A stretch of 47,579 nt of DNA from a virus (taxonomy: Duplodnaviria > Caudoviricetes): IMG/VR virus record IMGVR_UViG_3300017700_000512, positions 1 to 47,579 of that record; one strand, written 5' to 3'. The notes beneath the pieces are model-generated. The model searched no databases. It was given only the letters and a program-made list of their open reading frames with translations, and was not told the DNA's origin. Both the position numbers and the translations under genes were made by a program. Shown here in pieces: positions 8,547 through 17,300 of the stretch; position 1 is the first letter of the stretch; each line of letters opens with the position of its first letter.

Positions 8547-8771
8547 TCAGGCCGGCGGCGGCCCCTGCAGGTGCGCGGTCATCGCCTCCAAGACAGCCAC
8601 CGCTTTGCTCACCGCTTCCTGCCTGGTCGCCGCGTGCGACAGCACGGTGATGTCACCACTGCCGTCGACCGTGAACACCACCCAGCTCTCCCCCATGTCG
8701 TCGCTGCCCTCGACCACCAGCAGGACGCCTTCGATCTTCGCCTCTTCGCGCCGCTCTGTTGCTTTTGCCAC
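8547..8771 (-). CDS. Hypothetical protein (74 aa)
   Basis: GTG start after GGAG; packed operon. Confidence 0.65.
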   Translation of the reverse strand: MAKATERREEAKIEGVLLVVEGSDDMGESWVVFTVDGSGDITVLSHAATRQEAVSKAVAVLEAMTAHLQGPPPA

Positions 8772-8772
8772 G

Positions 8773-9297
8773 TCACATCTCCATCTCTGCCAGGATCTGC
8801 AGCCGCTCCAGCTGCACTGGCCCGAACGCTTTCCACTGGTTGACCTTCACCTCGGTGGCGATCGTCCACCAGTCCTCGTCTTTCCTCGGCACTCCGAGGA
8901 CGCGCGAGAACCAGGCCGACAGATCGATCTGCCACTCGACGGGTCCGTTGAATCCCTGGTCGGTCAGGAACACCACACGCAGCCCGCCCTTGTGCCGGCT
9001 GATGAAGCCGTCCTGGTGGCGGTGCTTGCACAGCTGGATCATGCCGGCCGCCATCGACCGGTCGCCACTGGGGTTGCCGCCCATGGCCTTGTGCTTGTCG
9101 TGGCTCACCTCGGGCGACGCCTTCAGCGCCAGGCCGAGACGCCGGCACCCGCAGAGCGGGAACCGGCAGCCCTTGTCGCGGCGCCGCACCTTGGCCTTCT
9201 CACTCTCCTCGTGCGCCTTGCGCTCTTTGGCCAGGTCGCGCTTGGCCAGCTTCAGTGCGGTTGCCCCTTTCTTGAAGAAGGTCTCGTGGGCCATCAC
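8773..9297 (-). CDS. HNH-like Zn-binding nuclease family protein
   Basis: VRRRDKGCRFPLC...H...GGN...IQLCKHRH pattern. Confidence 0.6.
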   Translation of the reverse strand: MMAHETFFKKGATALKLAKRDLAKERKAHEESEKAKVRRRDKGCRFPLCGCRRLGLALKASPEVSHDKHKAMGGNPSGDRSMAAGMIQLCKHRHQDGFISRHKGGLRVVFLTDQGFNGPVEWQIDLSAWFSRVLGVPRKDEDWWTIATEVKVNQWKAFGPVQLERLQILAEMEM

Positions 9298-9878
9298 CGC
9301 AGTCCCACGTAGCGCGCGAGGATCCGGCGCGCCTCGACCACCTGCTCGGTGTTCCTGGTGTACTCGCGCAGGTAGAACCGGCCGTTGGCCCGCACGTAGA
9401 GCGCGGCCCGGTACTGGCGCTCGGCCTTCAGGTTCATCTCCTCCTCCAGCAGCACGGCCTGCAGCGCCGTCTGTATCGGGTGGCTCTTGGCCTCGTCCCC
9501 GCTCTTGATGTCGAGCACGCCGTTGCTGTGGAAGATTTTGCCGGCGCGGTCAGGGGTGCCAGCCCAGCCGCCGCTCGGGTGCGCGATCGGCACCTCGATG
9601 TATTTCCACTCGTGCGGAATCATCGTCATCGCCTTGGCGTAGGCGAGCAGGTACCCCCGGTGCGGACTCTGGCAGGTCTGCAGCTCGATGGCGCCCATGT
9701 CGTACTCGGCCGTCAGCTCGTGCACGATGCGGCCGCGCTCGCAGCTGGCCTCGGTGTACCAGGCGTCGTCGATGTAGCCGGCGGCCGTCAGCAGCCCGGT
9801 GATGTGCAGCAGCTCCGCACCCTCGGGCGTCGTGTAGCGGTGGGTCTTGTCGTCGAAGCGGAACGGCGCCGACTTCAC
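9294..9878 (-). CDS. PD-(D/E)XK exonuclease, recombination partner
   Basis: F.FD...HRY, ERGRIVH, EVPI, WAGTPDR, LDIKSG, QTALQ. GTG 9878 overlaps the upstream TGA. Confidence 0.85.
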   Translation of the reverse strand: MKSAPFRFDDKTHRYTTPEGAELLHITGLLTAAGYIDDAWYTEASCERGRIVHELTAEYDMGAIELQTCQSPHRGYLLAYAKAMTMIPHEWKYIEVPIAHPSGGWAGTPDRAGKIFHSNGVLDIKSGDEAKSHPIQTALQAVLLEEEMNLKAERQYRAALYVRANGRFYLREYTRNTEQVVEARRILARYVGLR

Positions 9879-10858
9879 TGACTGACCCTCTTTCGCAGCG
9901 CACCTTCCGCCTTCACCGCCGACACGATTTCCTCGTAGTGCTGCTTCTGGATCAGGGACGACCGCGCGTAGCCGTACTCCTCGTTCAGCCACTTCGCCAC
10001 CACCGACTCGATGCGGCCGCTGTTCTCGACGATCGTGAACAGCCGGTCCTGCTGCTGCCTGGTGATGACCGACTCGTCACCCTTGTGCACGTAGTCGGCG
10101 CGCTCGACCGGGGCCTGCTGGCGCTGCGGTGGCGGTGCCGGCCGGTTCTGTCGCTGCTCCTCGGCGTACTCATCGCGAGCCACGCCGATCTCCCCTTTCA
10201 GCGGCGCGTCGACCTTGCGGCGCCACTGGTCTTTCACCTCGCCTCGGTAGTCCTTCACCTTCACCCGCACCGCGTGCGTGTGCATGTAGTCGTCGATGAA
10301 GGCCTTGTCCCACAGCTCCAGGCCCACACCCAAGCGCTTGGCGCAGCGACGCAGCGCGCTGGCGATCGTCGCTTCGAGCGCGTCGCCGTAGCTCTGGTTC
10401 GCGTTGTCGGCGAAGTAGTCCTGCTCGCCGATCGCGAACGCCGCCGGCTGCCCGTGGATGTAGAGCACATACGCGCAGCTGATCGTCTTCTCGCTCTTCA
10501 TCGGCTTCGAGCGCGGCACGATCGCCCAGCCCAGTCGGCCGAACGCTTCGTTGAACCACCGGGTGTACGTCGGGTGCGACACGTAGGCGATGCCCGAGGG
10601 CTTCACGCGGATGTCGGCCAGGCTCACCTCACGCGAGAGCACCAGCTCCTCCTGCGCGGTGAGCTTGATCTCGACCAGGCCCAGGGCGCCGAGCTGGGTC
10701 TCGTCGGTCAGGGCGTGCACTTCAGTGAGGGCCACGGGCTGCGGTGGCACCACGGCCGGCAACACCTCGACCCGTCGGGCCAGGGCGGTGCTGGGCCTCT
10801 TTGGAGCTGGCTTCGCTACCCGGCGTTTGGCCGGGGTCTTCTTCGTTTGCTTGGACAC
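9875..10858 (-). CDS. Rad52-superfamily single-strand annealing protein, Mgm101-like
   Basis: DIRVKPSGIAY...FNEAFGRLGWAIVPRS...AIGEQDYF...ALRRCAKRLGVGLELWD tracks the recalled Mgm101 core motifs (KPDG.IY, GEQDYF, ALMRCCKDLG...ELWD). Confidence 0.85.
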   Translation of the reverse strand: MSKQTKKTPAKRRVAKPAPKRPSTALARRVEVLPAVVPPQPVALTEVHALTDETQLGALGLVEIKLTAQEELVLSREVSLADIRVKPSGIAYVSHPTYTRWFNEAFGRLGWAIVPRSKPMKSEKTISCAYVLYIHGQPAAFAIGEQDYFADNANQSYGDALEATIASALRRCAKRLGVGLELWDKAFIDDYMHTHAVRVKVKDYRGEVKDQWRRKVDAPLKGEIGVARDEYAEEQRQNRPAPPPQRQQAPVERADYVHKGDESVITRQQQDRLFTIVENSGRIESVVAKWLNEEYGYARSSLIQKQHYEEIVSAVKAEGALRKRVSQ

Positions 10859-10879
10859 TGATCACCTCTCTGCTAGGAT
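10851..10879 (+). promoter_or_regulatory. Antisense promoter with extended -10
   Basis: TTGGAC-17-TAGGAT with TGn (TGC) directly before the -10. Confidence 0.55.
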
Positions 10880-10900
10880 GGACTCGTTCGCTTCGACCAC
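10862..10900 (-). CDS. Putative 12-aa leader peptide (MVEANESILAER) upstream of the annealase
   Basis: GGAGG-7 nt-GTG; its TGA lies in the annealase RBS region (GAGAGGTGATCAGTG). Confidence 0.4.
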   Translation of the reverse strand: MVEANESILAER

Positions 10901-10950
10901 GGACATTCCTCCAACGCCCCCGCATCGTTCGCCACGGTGCGGGGGTTTTT
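10886..10950 (+). ncRNA. Putative ~65-nt antisense sRNA, P22 sar-like arrangement
   Basis: Promoter 10851-10879, exposed anti-SD CCTCC, and a terminator ending in TTTTT with a plus-strand-specific U-G pair. Confidence 0.55.
10917..10950 (+). terminator. Rho-independent terminator, antisense direction
   Basis: CCCCCGCATCG-loop-CGGTGCGGGGG-TTTTT. Confidence 0.75.
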
Positions 10951-10956
10951 CTGTAC

Positions 10957-11181
10957 CTACTCGCGCAGGTAGTCTTTCGTCCCCTTCACGCCGCGCAGCA
11001 GGAACTCCACGACATCAGAGTCACTCGGCTTCGCGCCGTTCTTGGTCAACGCCGAGAGCCTCGTGCGCGCGGCCTCGAACTGCTGCTTCGCCCAGGTTGA
11101 GAACCACCCCTGGAACCGGTGCTCGCTGTCGCGCACCTTGCCACCGAACACCACCGGCCGGCCACCAACAGACTTGCTCAT
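10957..11181 (-). CDS. Small putative DNA-binding regulator (ribbon-helix-helix-like, 74 aa)
   Basis: GGRP N-terminal arm, a short strand, then two helices ending SDSDVVEFLLR. ATGA-coupled to the upstream gene. Confidence 0.5.
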   Translation of the reverse strand: MSKSVGGRPVVFGGKVRDSEHRFQGWFSTWAKQQFEAARTRLSALTKNGAKPSDSDVVEFLLRGVKGTKDYLRE

Positions 11182-11417
11182 GATCTACCTCGCAGGGCGC
11201 CGATCACGATCGCGTCCACGGGCCGGTCATCCGCGCGAGTGCGGCGCTCATCCTGGAGGTACGCCCAATGGCGCACGTCCCGGGCAACACGCCGGTCCTC
11301 GCGTCGTCGCTTGGCGCGGCGGGCGCGTTCGTCTCGACTGAGAAGGTTTGCAAAGGACCGCAGCCCGAGGAGCAGGACTGCGGCGAGGATGGAGTTGCTT
11401 ACAATCGCTTCGACCAT
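11178..11417 (-). CDS. Small membrane protein with Arg-rich tail (79 aa), probably leaderless
   Basis: Hydrophobic N-terminal helix; ATG lies 7 nt after the -10 TAGGCT with no RBS. Confidence 0.65.
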   Translation of the reverse strand: MVEAIVSNSILAAVLLLGLRSFANLLSRDERARRAKRRREDRRVARDVRHWAYLQDERRTRADDRPVDAIVIGALRGRS

Positions 11418-11459
11418 GGGGCCGAGCCTACCATGGCCCGACCCCTTTGTGTCAACAAC
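11418..11459 (-). promoter_or_regulatory. Promoter D (start of early region) with 14-bp box and -10 hairpin
   Basis: TTGACA-19-(TGG)TAGGCT; box 11446-11459; GGGGTCGGGCC/GGCTCGGCCCC arms. Confidence 0.7.
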
Positions 11460-11462
11460 CCC

Positions 11463-11660
11463 TCAGTGGCTGGCTGCTCGCACAACAACATGAACGACGG
11501 CACTGGCCCCTGCGGCAGCCAGCATGCCCCCCACGACAAACAGCACCACGCTGAGGGCCAGCTTGAAGCGCACCTTCATTGAGCTGGGGTCTGGTGGCAC
11601 GGTCGAGATGAAGACCTGGTGGGGCATCTCGCGCTGTGTAGTGGTCCGGTTTCGATCCAT
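11463..11660 (-). CDS. Small membrane protein in the lysis region (65 aa)
   Basis: AGGGAG RBS; C-terminal hydrophobic helix. Confidence 0.6.
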   Translation of the reverse strand: MDRNRTTTQREMPHQVFISTVPPDPSSMKVRFKLALSVVLFVVGGMLAAAGASAVVHVVVRAASH

Positions 11661-11673
11661 TCTCACGACTCCC

Positions 11674-11892
11674 TCACGCCGGTCTGTTCGGCAATTTGAT
11701 CCCCAGGGCACCAATGACCGCCAGGGCCGCACCTCCCATGGTCCGTAGGATCTCGCCGACGCCTGCCGGTTGGAGCACCTGGGACCACTGAGAATGCGCA
11801 GTGAGCAGATCCCCGAGCTGGTACAGGAACAGCCCCATACCGCACACGAGCAGGGACCAGGAGAGCTTCTGATTGACGTCCGCGTTCTCCAT
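11674..11892 (-). CDS. Holin-like protein with two hydrophobic helices (72 aa)
   Basis: MENADVNQKLSWSLLVCGMGLFLY...GGAALAVIGALGI; lies downstream of the endolysin. Confidence 0.5.
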   Translation of the reverse strand: MENADVNQKLSWSLLVCGMGLFLYQLGDLLTAHSQWSQVLQPAGVGEILRTMGGAALAVIGALGIKLPNRPA

Positions 11893-11912
11893 CCCGTTCT
11901 GCTGCCTTTCTT

Positions 11913-12125
11913 TCACCAGGACACACCAGCTCGTGCACCAGCGGTCCATTCACGCCCCCAGGTTCGGCCCGCGTACGCCGACACGTCGACCCAGGGTTTG
12001 GGCTTGTAGCCGACCTCGAACGCCACGCCTTCGAGCGTGACGACGACACCAGCCTGCCCCTGCTTGCCTGGCGCGATCGCCCTCACAGCCTCTTGCAGTG
12101 ACTGTCGGAGGAAGGGCGAGAGCAC
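11913..12125 (-). CDS. Hypothetical lysis-region protein (70 aa, beta-rich, ends in W)
   Basis: Fills the gap between membrane-protein genes; start uncertain. Confidence 0.5.
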   Translation of the reverse strand: MLSPFLRQSLQEAVRAIAPGKQGQAGVVVTLEGVAFEVGYKPKPWVDVSAYAGRTWGREWTAGARAGVSW

Positions 12126-12133
12126 CGGCGCTT

Positions 12134-12532
12134 CTACTGCAACGGCCGTGCCGGACTCGCCCCCTGAGTCCGCAGGGCGTTTCCCATGGCCGCCTCTGTT
12201 TCAGTCGCGGCCGTTCGTGCACTACCGAGCATTGCGTGCACGACGGCATCGGCCTCGGCGTGCGTCGCATCCGGGACGCGATCCACGACGAACTTGATCG
12301 CCTCTTCCGCCTTGACCGTGGGGTCGAGCTTGATCAGGTGCTCCTTCGCCCAGTTGCGCGCGTGCTCTTCCGCGAAGCCGATGCCCAGCTTGGCGAAGTG
12401 TTCGATCTGCGCCTGCCGAGCCGCGCTCAGCTCGACGCCCAACTTCTGCGACACCTTCACGGCCGCCCAGCCGACCGCCATCAACACGAGGCCTCCGAGG
12501 CCCGACACGACTATCGAGATCACTTCGTCCAT
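12134..12532 (-). CDS. Holin-like protein (single N-terminal TM helix, LL-H-like pattern)
   Basis: TM helix followed by ...IGFAEE...K.EEAIKFV; directly after the endolysin; AAGGAG RBS. Confidence 0.6.
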   Translation of the reverse strand: MDEVISIVVSGLGGLVLMAVGWAAVKVSQKLGVELSAARQAQIEHFAKLGIGFAEEHARNWAKEHLIKLDPTVKAEEAIKFVVDRVPDATHAEADAVVHAMLGSARTAATETEAAMGNALRTQGASPARPLQ

Positions 12533-12547
12533 CGTCTCTCTCTCCTT

Positions 12548-12955
12548 TCAGTACAACCACAGCATGGGTCGCGCGATGTCTCGGTGACCTGGCGCGACGT
12601 CGTCGAGGTGCACGAACGTCTTGGCAATGCCGACACCCGTGAACCCCTCGGTGAGCGCGAGGCTCACGAGCAGGAACCGGTCAGCTGACGTCGTGATGGC
12701 AATGTCGGCCGCGCGGCCCGTGGTGTGCGGGCCAGTCAGGCCGGTGTTCGAAGAGCGCGCGTTGTGCTCGGGGGTGCGGTAGCCCGAGTTGACCGGCATC
12801 GGCTTGCCGAACGCGAGACGCAGGCTGGTGAGCCGATCGAGAAACTCTCCCTCGACCATCAGGATGCCGCTGCCCTTGCAGCGGAACTCTGCCGGCGTGA
12901 AGAACTTCCACGGCCAGTGATACGGCTCGGTGCCGTTGCTCGCGTAGATCGTCAT
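12548..12955 (-). CDS. Endolysin, peptidase M15 family
   Basis: FTPAEFRC, NSGYRTPEHN, PHTTGRAADI, FVHLD. GGAGG RBS before ATG 12955. Confidence 0.9.
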   Translation of the reverse strand: MTIYASNGTEPYHWPWKFFTPAEFRCKGSGILMVEGEFLDRLTSLRLAFGKPMPVNSGYRTPEHNARSSNTGLTGPHTTGRAADIAITTSADRFLLVSLALTEGFTGVGIAKTFVHLDDVAPGHRDIARPMLWLY

Positions 12956-12986
12956 GCCAGGGAACCTCCGAACCGTGGAGAGTGTA

Positions 12987-13346
12987 CTAGCGCCGAGCGA
13001 CGCGCGCCACATCGGCCGCTGCGACCTCGACCTTGATGGCGGCGATGAGCAATGGCACCGCCGCGTAGCCGCGCCAAAACTCGGCCGACTGATACAGCGG
13101 CTCGCGGCCCACCAGGTTGTCGACGAAGAGTCCGATCGTGCCATTGAACGGGCCGAAACCGAGCGTGAGGCCAGGCGCGAACTCGACCGCGACTTCGAGC
13201 CGCGCGCTGCGTCGTGTCGCCGCACGCAGCTGCACCTCGACCTCGATGACGTCGCGCTCTGCTGTGACGCGATCAGGAATGCCGCGCTCGACCGCTTCGG
13301 TGATTGAGACGATGTCAGCGATGAAGTCTGAAGGGGTCCAGGCCAT
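12987..13346 (-). CDS. Hypothetical protein after the tail fibre (119 aa), possible fibre chaperone
   Basis: ATG 13346 follows the fibre stop; function inferred from position only. Confidence 0.6.
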   Translation of the reverse strand: MAWTPSDFIADIVSITEAVERGIPDRVTAERDVIEVEVQLRAATRRSARLEVAVEFAPGLTLGFGPFNGTIGLFVDNLVGREPLYQSAEFWRGYAAVPLLIAAIKVEVAAADVARVARR

Positions 13347-13348
13347 GG

Positions 13349-14371
13349 TTATGATCCGCTCTCGTCGTAGAAGCCGAACACCGAGAACTGGTGCGTTGTT
13401 GCCCACACCGCAGGCGCCGTGCTGCTCCACAGGCCGGCCGGGTTCGCGTTGTTAAAGAGTACCGCGTCGCTCGCGGTGAGGATACCCACGCCGGGGTAGC
13501 GGCCGCCCGCGATGAGGCCCTGTGTCAGGCAGAGGTTCGCATCGCTGATCGCGCAGCCCACCGGCAGCGAGATGCGGTGCGCGCCCGTGCCCCACGAGAA
13601 GCCGGCGCCGAACACCATCAGCACGCGGAAGTAGACGAACTTGCCGAGCTGCACGTATGAGCCGAGCAGTGTGCTCGCGCCAAGCGTCGGCGGCGTGCCG
13701 CTGCTGGCCCACACCGGCGTGTAGCTCACGGCCGCGCCGAGATTTAGAGACCGCGCGACGTCGCCGGTGATGAGCGAGATGATCCGGTCGGCCGTGATGT
13801 TTGAGGTCGGCGTGATGATCAGGTCGTGGCTCGCGTTGCTGTCTTTCAGCTTCAGCGCGCCGTTCGCAAAGCTGCCACTGGCGATGATGCCGAGCCGCGT
13901 GATCGCATCCTGCACCGCACTCGCGATTGTGCCGCTGAGATTGGCGGCTGCGAGCGACGTGAGGTTGGCGCCGCTGGCCGCAGGCAGGGTGGCTGGGAAG
14001 CGCGCATCCGGCAGCGTGCCCGAGGCCAGGTCGGTGGCGCTGCGTGTGGCGAGGTCGGCGAGGCTCGACCCCGTCTTCGAGACGCCCGCCCACGGCAGCG
14101 ACCCGGTGACTTCGGACGCGAGGTCTACGGGGAGGATCGCTGCGATGGCCGCCACCACGGCGGCGGTGACGACGTCCGCGATCGAATCACCGCTGTCGCT
14201 GAGGAGCTTGCCGGTGCCGTCTCCGAACACTGGCAGGTGGCCCGAGGTCGAGGAACCGGGGCCGACGACATCGCCGGTCCCCGAGCCTCCGCCGGGGGCG
14301 TACTGGATGATCTGGTCGATCGCCGGCTGCACCGTGTTGGCGCGGCCGCGTCGCACAGGTCGAACGGTCAT
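13349..14371 (-). CDS. Tail fibre or receptor-binding protein (340 aa)
   Basis: GDVVGP.SST...F.DGTGKLL, SGTLPDARF fibre repeats and C-terminal YTPVW...GSYVQLGKFVY...ISLP knob. Confidence 0.7.
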   Translation of the reverse strand: MTVRPVRRGRANTVQPAIDQIIQYAPGGGSGTGDVVGPGSSTSGHLPVFGDGTGKLLSDSGDSIADVVTAAVVAAIAAILPVDLASEVTGSLPWAGVSKTGSSLADLATRSATDLASGTLPDARFPATLPAASGANLTSLAAANLSGTIASAVQDAITRLGIIASGSFANGALKLKDSNASHDLIITPTSNITADRIISLITGDVARSLNLGAAVSYTPVWASSGTPPTLGASTLLGSYVQLGKFVYFRVLMVFGAGFSWGTGAHRISLPVGCAISDANLCLTQGLIAGGRYPGVGILTASDAVLFNNANPAGLWSSTAPAVWATTHQFSVFGFYDESGS

Positions 14372-17300
14372 CGGTTCTCCTTCTCAGGTCCGAAGAGCAG
14401 AGCGCGCGGGTCAGCCGTCTCACCGCTGGCCAGGGCCACGAAGCCCTCCACGGTGCGCTGGGCCTGCGTTGAGGGGTAGTGGAGCAGCACGCCGGCTGTG
14501 GCGTTCAGCGCCTTCCAGAGGCCCTCGTCGCTCTCGCCCTGGGACACCTGGCCGGCGAGCCGGTAAATCTCCTGGATGACGCGCGTGCCGGCGGGGCCAC
14601 CGTAGCCACGGTTGCTCGCGTTCAGCAGGCCGCCGAACTCGCGCAGCAGGACCATGCTGTTGAGCGCGATCCCCAGCATCTCGGTCGCCAGCTCCACGCC
14701 CCAGTCGGCCAGCGTCTTCTCGTCGTCGTCATCCTCGCCCGTGCCGATCATCCGCGACAGCACGATCGTCGCGAGCGCCGGGAAGAAGTAGAGCAGCGAC
14801 AGGTCGCCCAGGAAGCGCGCCACCTGGATCGGCTTCGTGAACTGCGTGCGCCCCACCGCCATCGCGGTCTGGTTGTAGGTCGTCGCACCGTAGGTGTAGA
14901 AGACCATGAAGATGCGCGCGAGCGGACCACCGCGCTGCACCTTCGCGAGGTCGACCGTTTGCCCGCCGCCCTGCGAATCGCGCACCGCCTGGTCGGCCAG
15001 CATCACCGCCGTGCCCTCGTCCTTGCCGGCGGCCATCTGCTTCTCGAACTCGCCGAGCCAGGTCGGCACGTCCGCGACGCGCTGCATGATCCCGATGTGC
15101 CACAGGAAGGCGTCGGTGACCGCCTGCTGCGTCAGCTTCTCCGCTGACACCTGGCGCACCAACGCATCGAACCAGCCGCCGGGTTCAGCCAAGCGGCCGC
15201 GCAGGTCGTTCAGGTCCTGGTTCTGCGTGACGTGCCGCGAGGCCATGAATGGCGAGACGTCGTGGATCCACACCAGGGTGTTCTCCATCGTGCTCGCGTC
15301 GCGCAGCCAGCGGCCGATGCCCTTCGCGACCCACTTGACGCCGACCTTCTGCGCGCCGTTGAACAGGCCCAGCGGCTGCTGCGCGGCGGTCCAGAGGTTC
15401 AGTCCGAGCGCCGCGATCTGCGCACCCGTCCTGGCCCAGCTGGCCGCCTTGTCGAGCCGGCTCTGGCCAGGCGCCACGCCCACCGCGATGTCGGTGATCG
15501 CGCTGCGGAACTGGTCGAGCGTCTCTTCGCCGCCGACGTCCAGGATCATGCTGGCGACCTTCGAGTCCCGCAGCATGCGCGCGACGTCGACCAGCGGCTC
15601 GTGGTGCGTCAGGTCGTGGATCACCTGGTCGAGGTGCTGGAACATCACGCCCAGCTCCAGACGCACCGACTGCTCCACGTTCTTGCGGCGCTGCTCGATG
15701 TGGCCGCGTCGCGTGGTCTGCGCGGTGTAGGCGCCGGCCAGCTGCAGCTTCGCTTCGCTGATCGCGTTGTTGCGGCCAGCGGCCGACGACAAGCGGCTGT
15801 CGTACGCGAGCGGGTAGTAGCCGCCGCGCATCTGTCCGTACTTCGTGTTGACCGGCAGCGCCTCGACCTTCTCCGGTCGCAGGCCCGTGATGCGGAATTG
15901 CTTGTCGCTGATCTCCTGCCAGAAGCTGTCGACGAAGTCCCAGGTCTCCTGCACGAAGGACCAGTCGGTGGCGTCGAGGGTATCCAGGATCGCCTGCACC
16001 TGGAACGCAGACCACTGCCGCTTCGGGTCCGACAGCATCCGCTGTCGGCTGGTCTCGTTGCCCCAGTTGAGCGCGACCGCGAGGATCCCTTCCTTCGACA
16101 GCGAGGCGCCGATCGCCGGGATGTGCACGCGCGTGTTCCACCGGCCGAGGGCCTTGCCCGGGTAGTGCTTGGCCACGACGGCGCGATACGAGCGGCCGGC
16201 CTTCAGGCGGCGCGCGGCTTCCTTGTCAGCGGCCGCGTTGAGCGGGCGCACGAGCAGCTCCCACGCAGGGCCGCCAGTCTTGTTGCCGTCGAGCCAGTAC
16301 GCCAGCGTCGAGATCCGCGAGTGCGACGCGAACCATTCCCGCACCGCGTGCCGGCGCGTGTCCGCGCGCCGGTACTCCAGCACCGAGGGACGCGGTGCCT
16401 GGCTCGCCTTGATCGACGCCACCAGCTCATCGCGACGTCCTTCGAACGTGCGCTTGTCGAGCGAGGTCAGCAGCCGCGTCTTCAGCGAGGCCAGGTGATC
16501 GATCTGCTTCAGCGAGTCCCGCACCTCACGCAGGCGCTCGACCGTCAGCTCGCGGTAGTTGGTCGCGGCCATCGCTTCGAGCACATCCGCCGGCAGGGTG
16601 ATCGGCAGGCCTTCCTCTTCGCGATCCTCCACCCACTCGCGCAGGCTCTTCCGGCGAGCGAGCGTCTTGTCGGACGCGGGTGCGAACTCGAACTTGTGCA
16701 GCAGCCCGTTGACCTGGTCCTGGTAGCTCTGGCCGGCCTTGCCGAGGCGAGCCTGCGCTGCTGGCGACGCCAGGCGGCGGGCATACTTCGCGGTGCGCTC
16801 GGCGTCCTCGGTGGCCTTCAGGGCCGCCCGGTGCATCGCCACGGCCAGGCGCTGCTGGCTCTTGAACCGCACCGCCTCCTCATAGCGCCCGCTGTCGACG
16901 GCCGCTGCAGCCGCCGTGCCGGCCTTCCTGGCGGCGTGCCAGTAGAGCTGGGGGTTCAGGTTGCGGACAGGCACGGTCGCCAGCACAGCGGCCGCCTGCT
17001 CGCGCAGCTGGGCCGTGCTGACCGCCTGGGCTTCGATGGCCGCGCGCATCGCACGTCGGGCGCTCTGCTCCTCGGCGTCGGTCTGCCGGCGGGCTGCCGT
17101 GTTGATCGGCTGGATGACCCGGGCCATCTTCGCGATCGCACGCAGCTCGGCTTCGAGCAGGGCCTCGCGGCCGTTCTCCTCGACCGCCAGCTTGGCGGCC
17201 ATCCGCAGGGTGCCGTCGAGCCGCATGTTGCCGAACTCGGCCGCCATGCGGGCGTCGGTCTCACGCTTCGCGACGTCGTCGAACTTCTCCGCAGTCGAGA

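Noticed and set aside
5596-11459. 14-bp repeats read as a CRISPR or mini-array
   Set aside because: Copies are 1.3-2.9 kb apart, each at a promoter, with no spacer periodicity or cas operon.
12961-12990. TACACT before the endolysin RBS as a late promoter
   Set aside because: No convincing -35 or extended -10, and no second copy noticed.
13349-14371. Diversity-generating retroelement expected from BPP-1-like structural genes
   Set aside because: No reverse transcriptase and no TR/VR repeat pair seen near the fibre gene or elsewhere.
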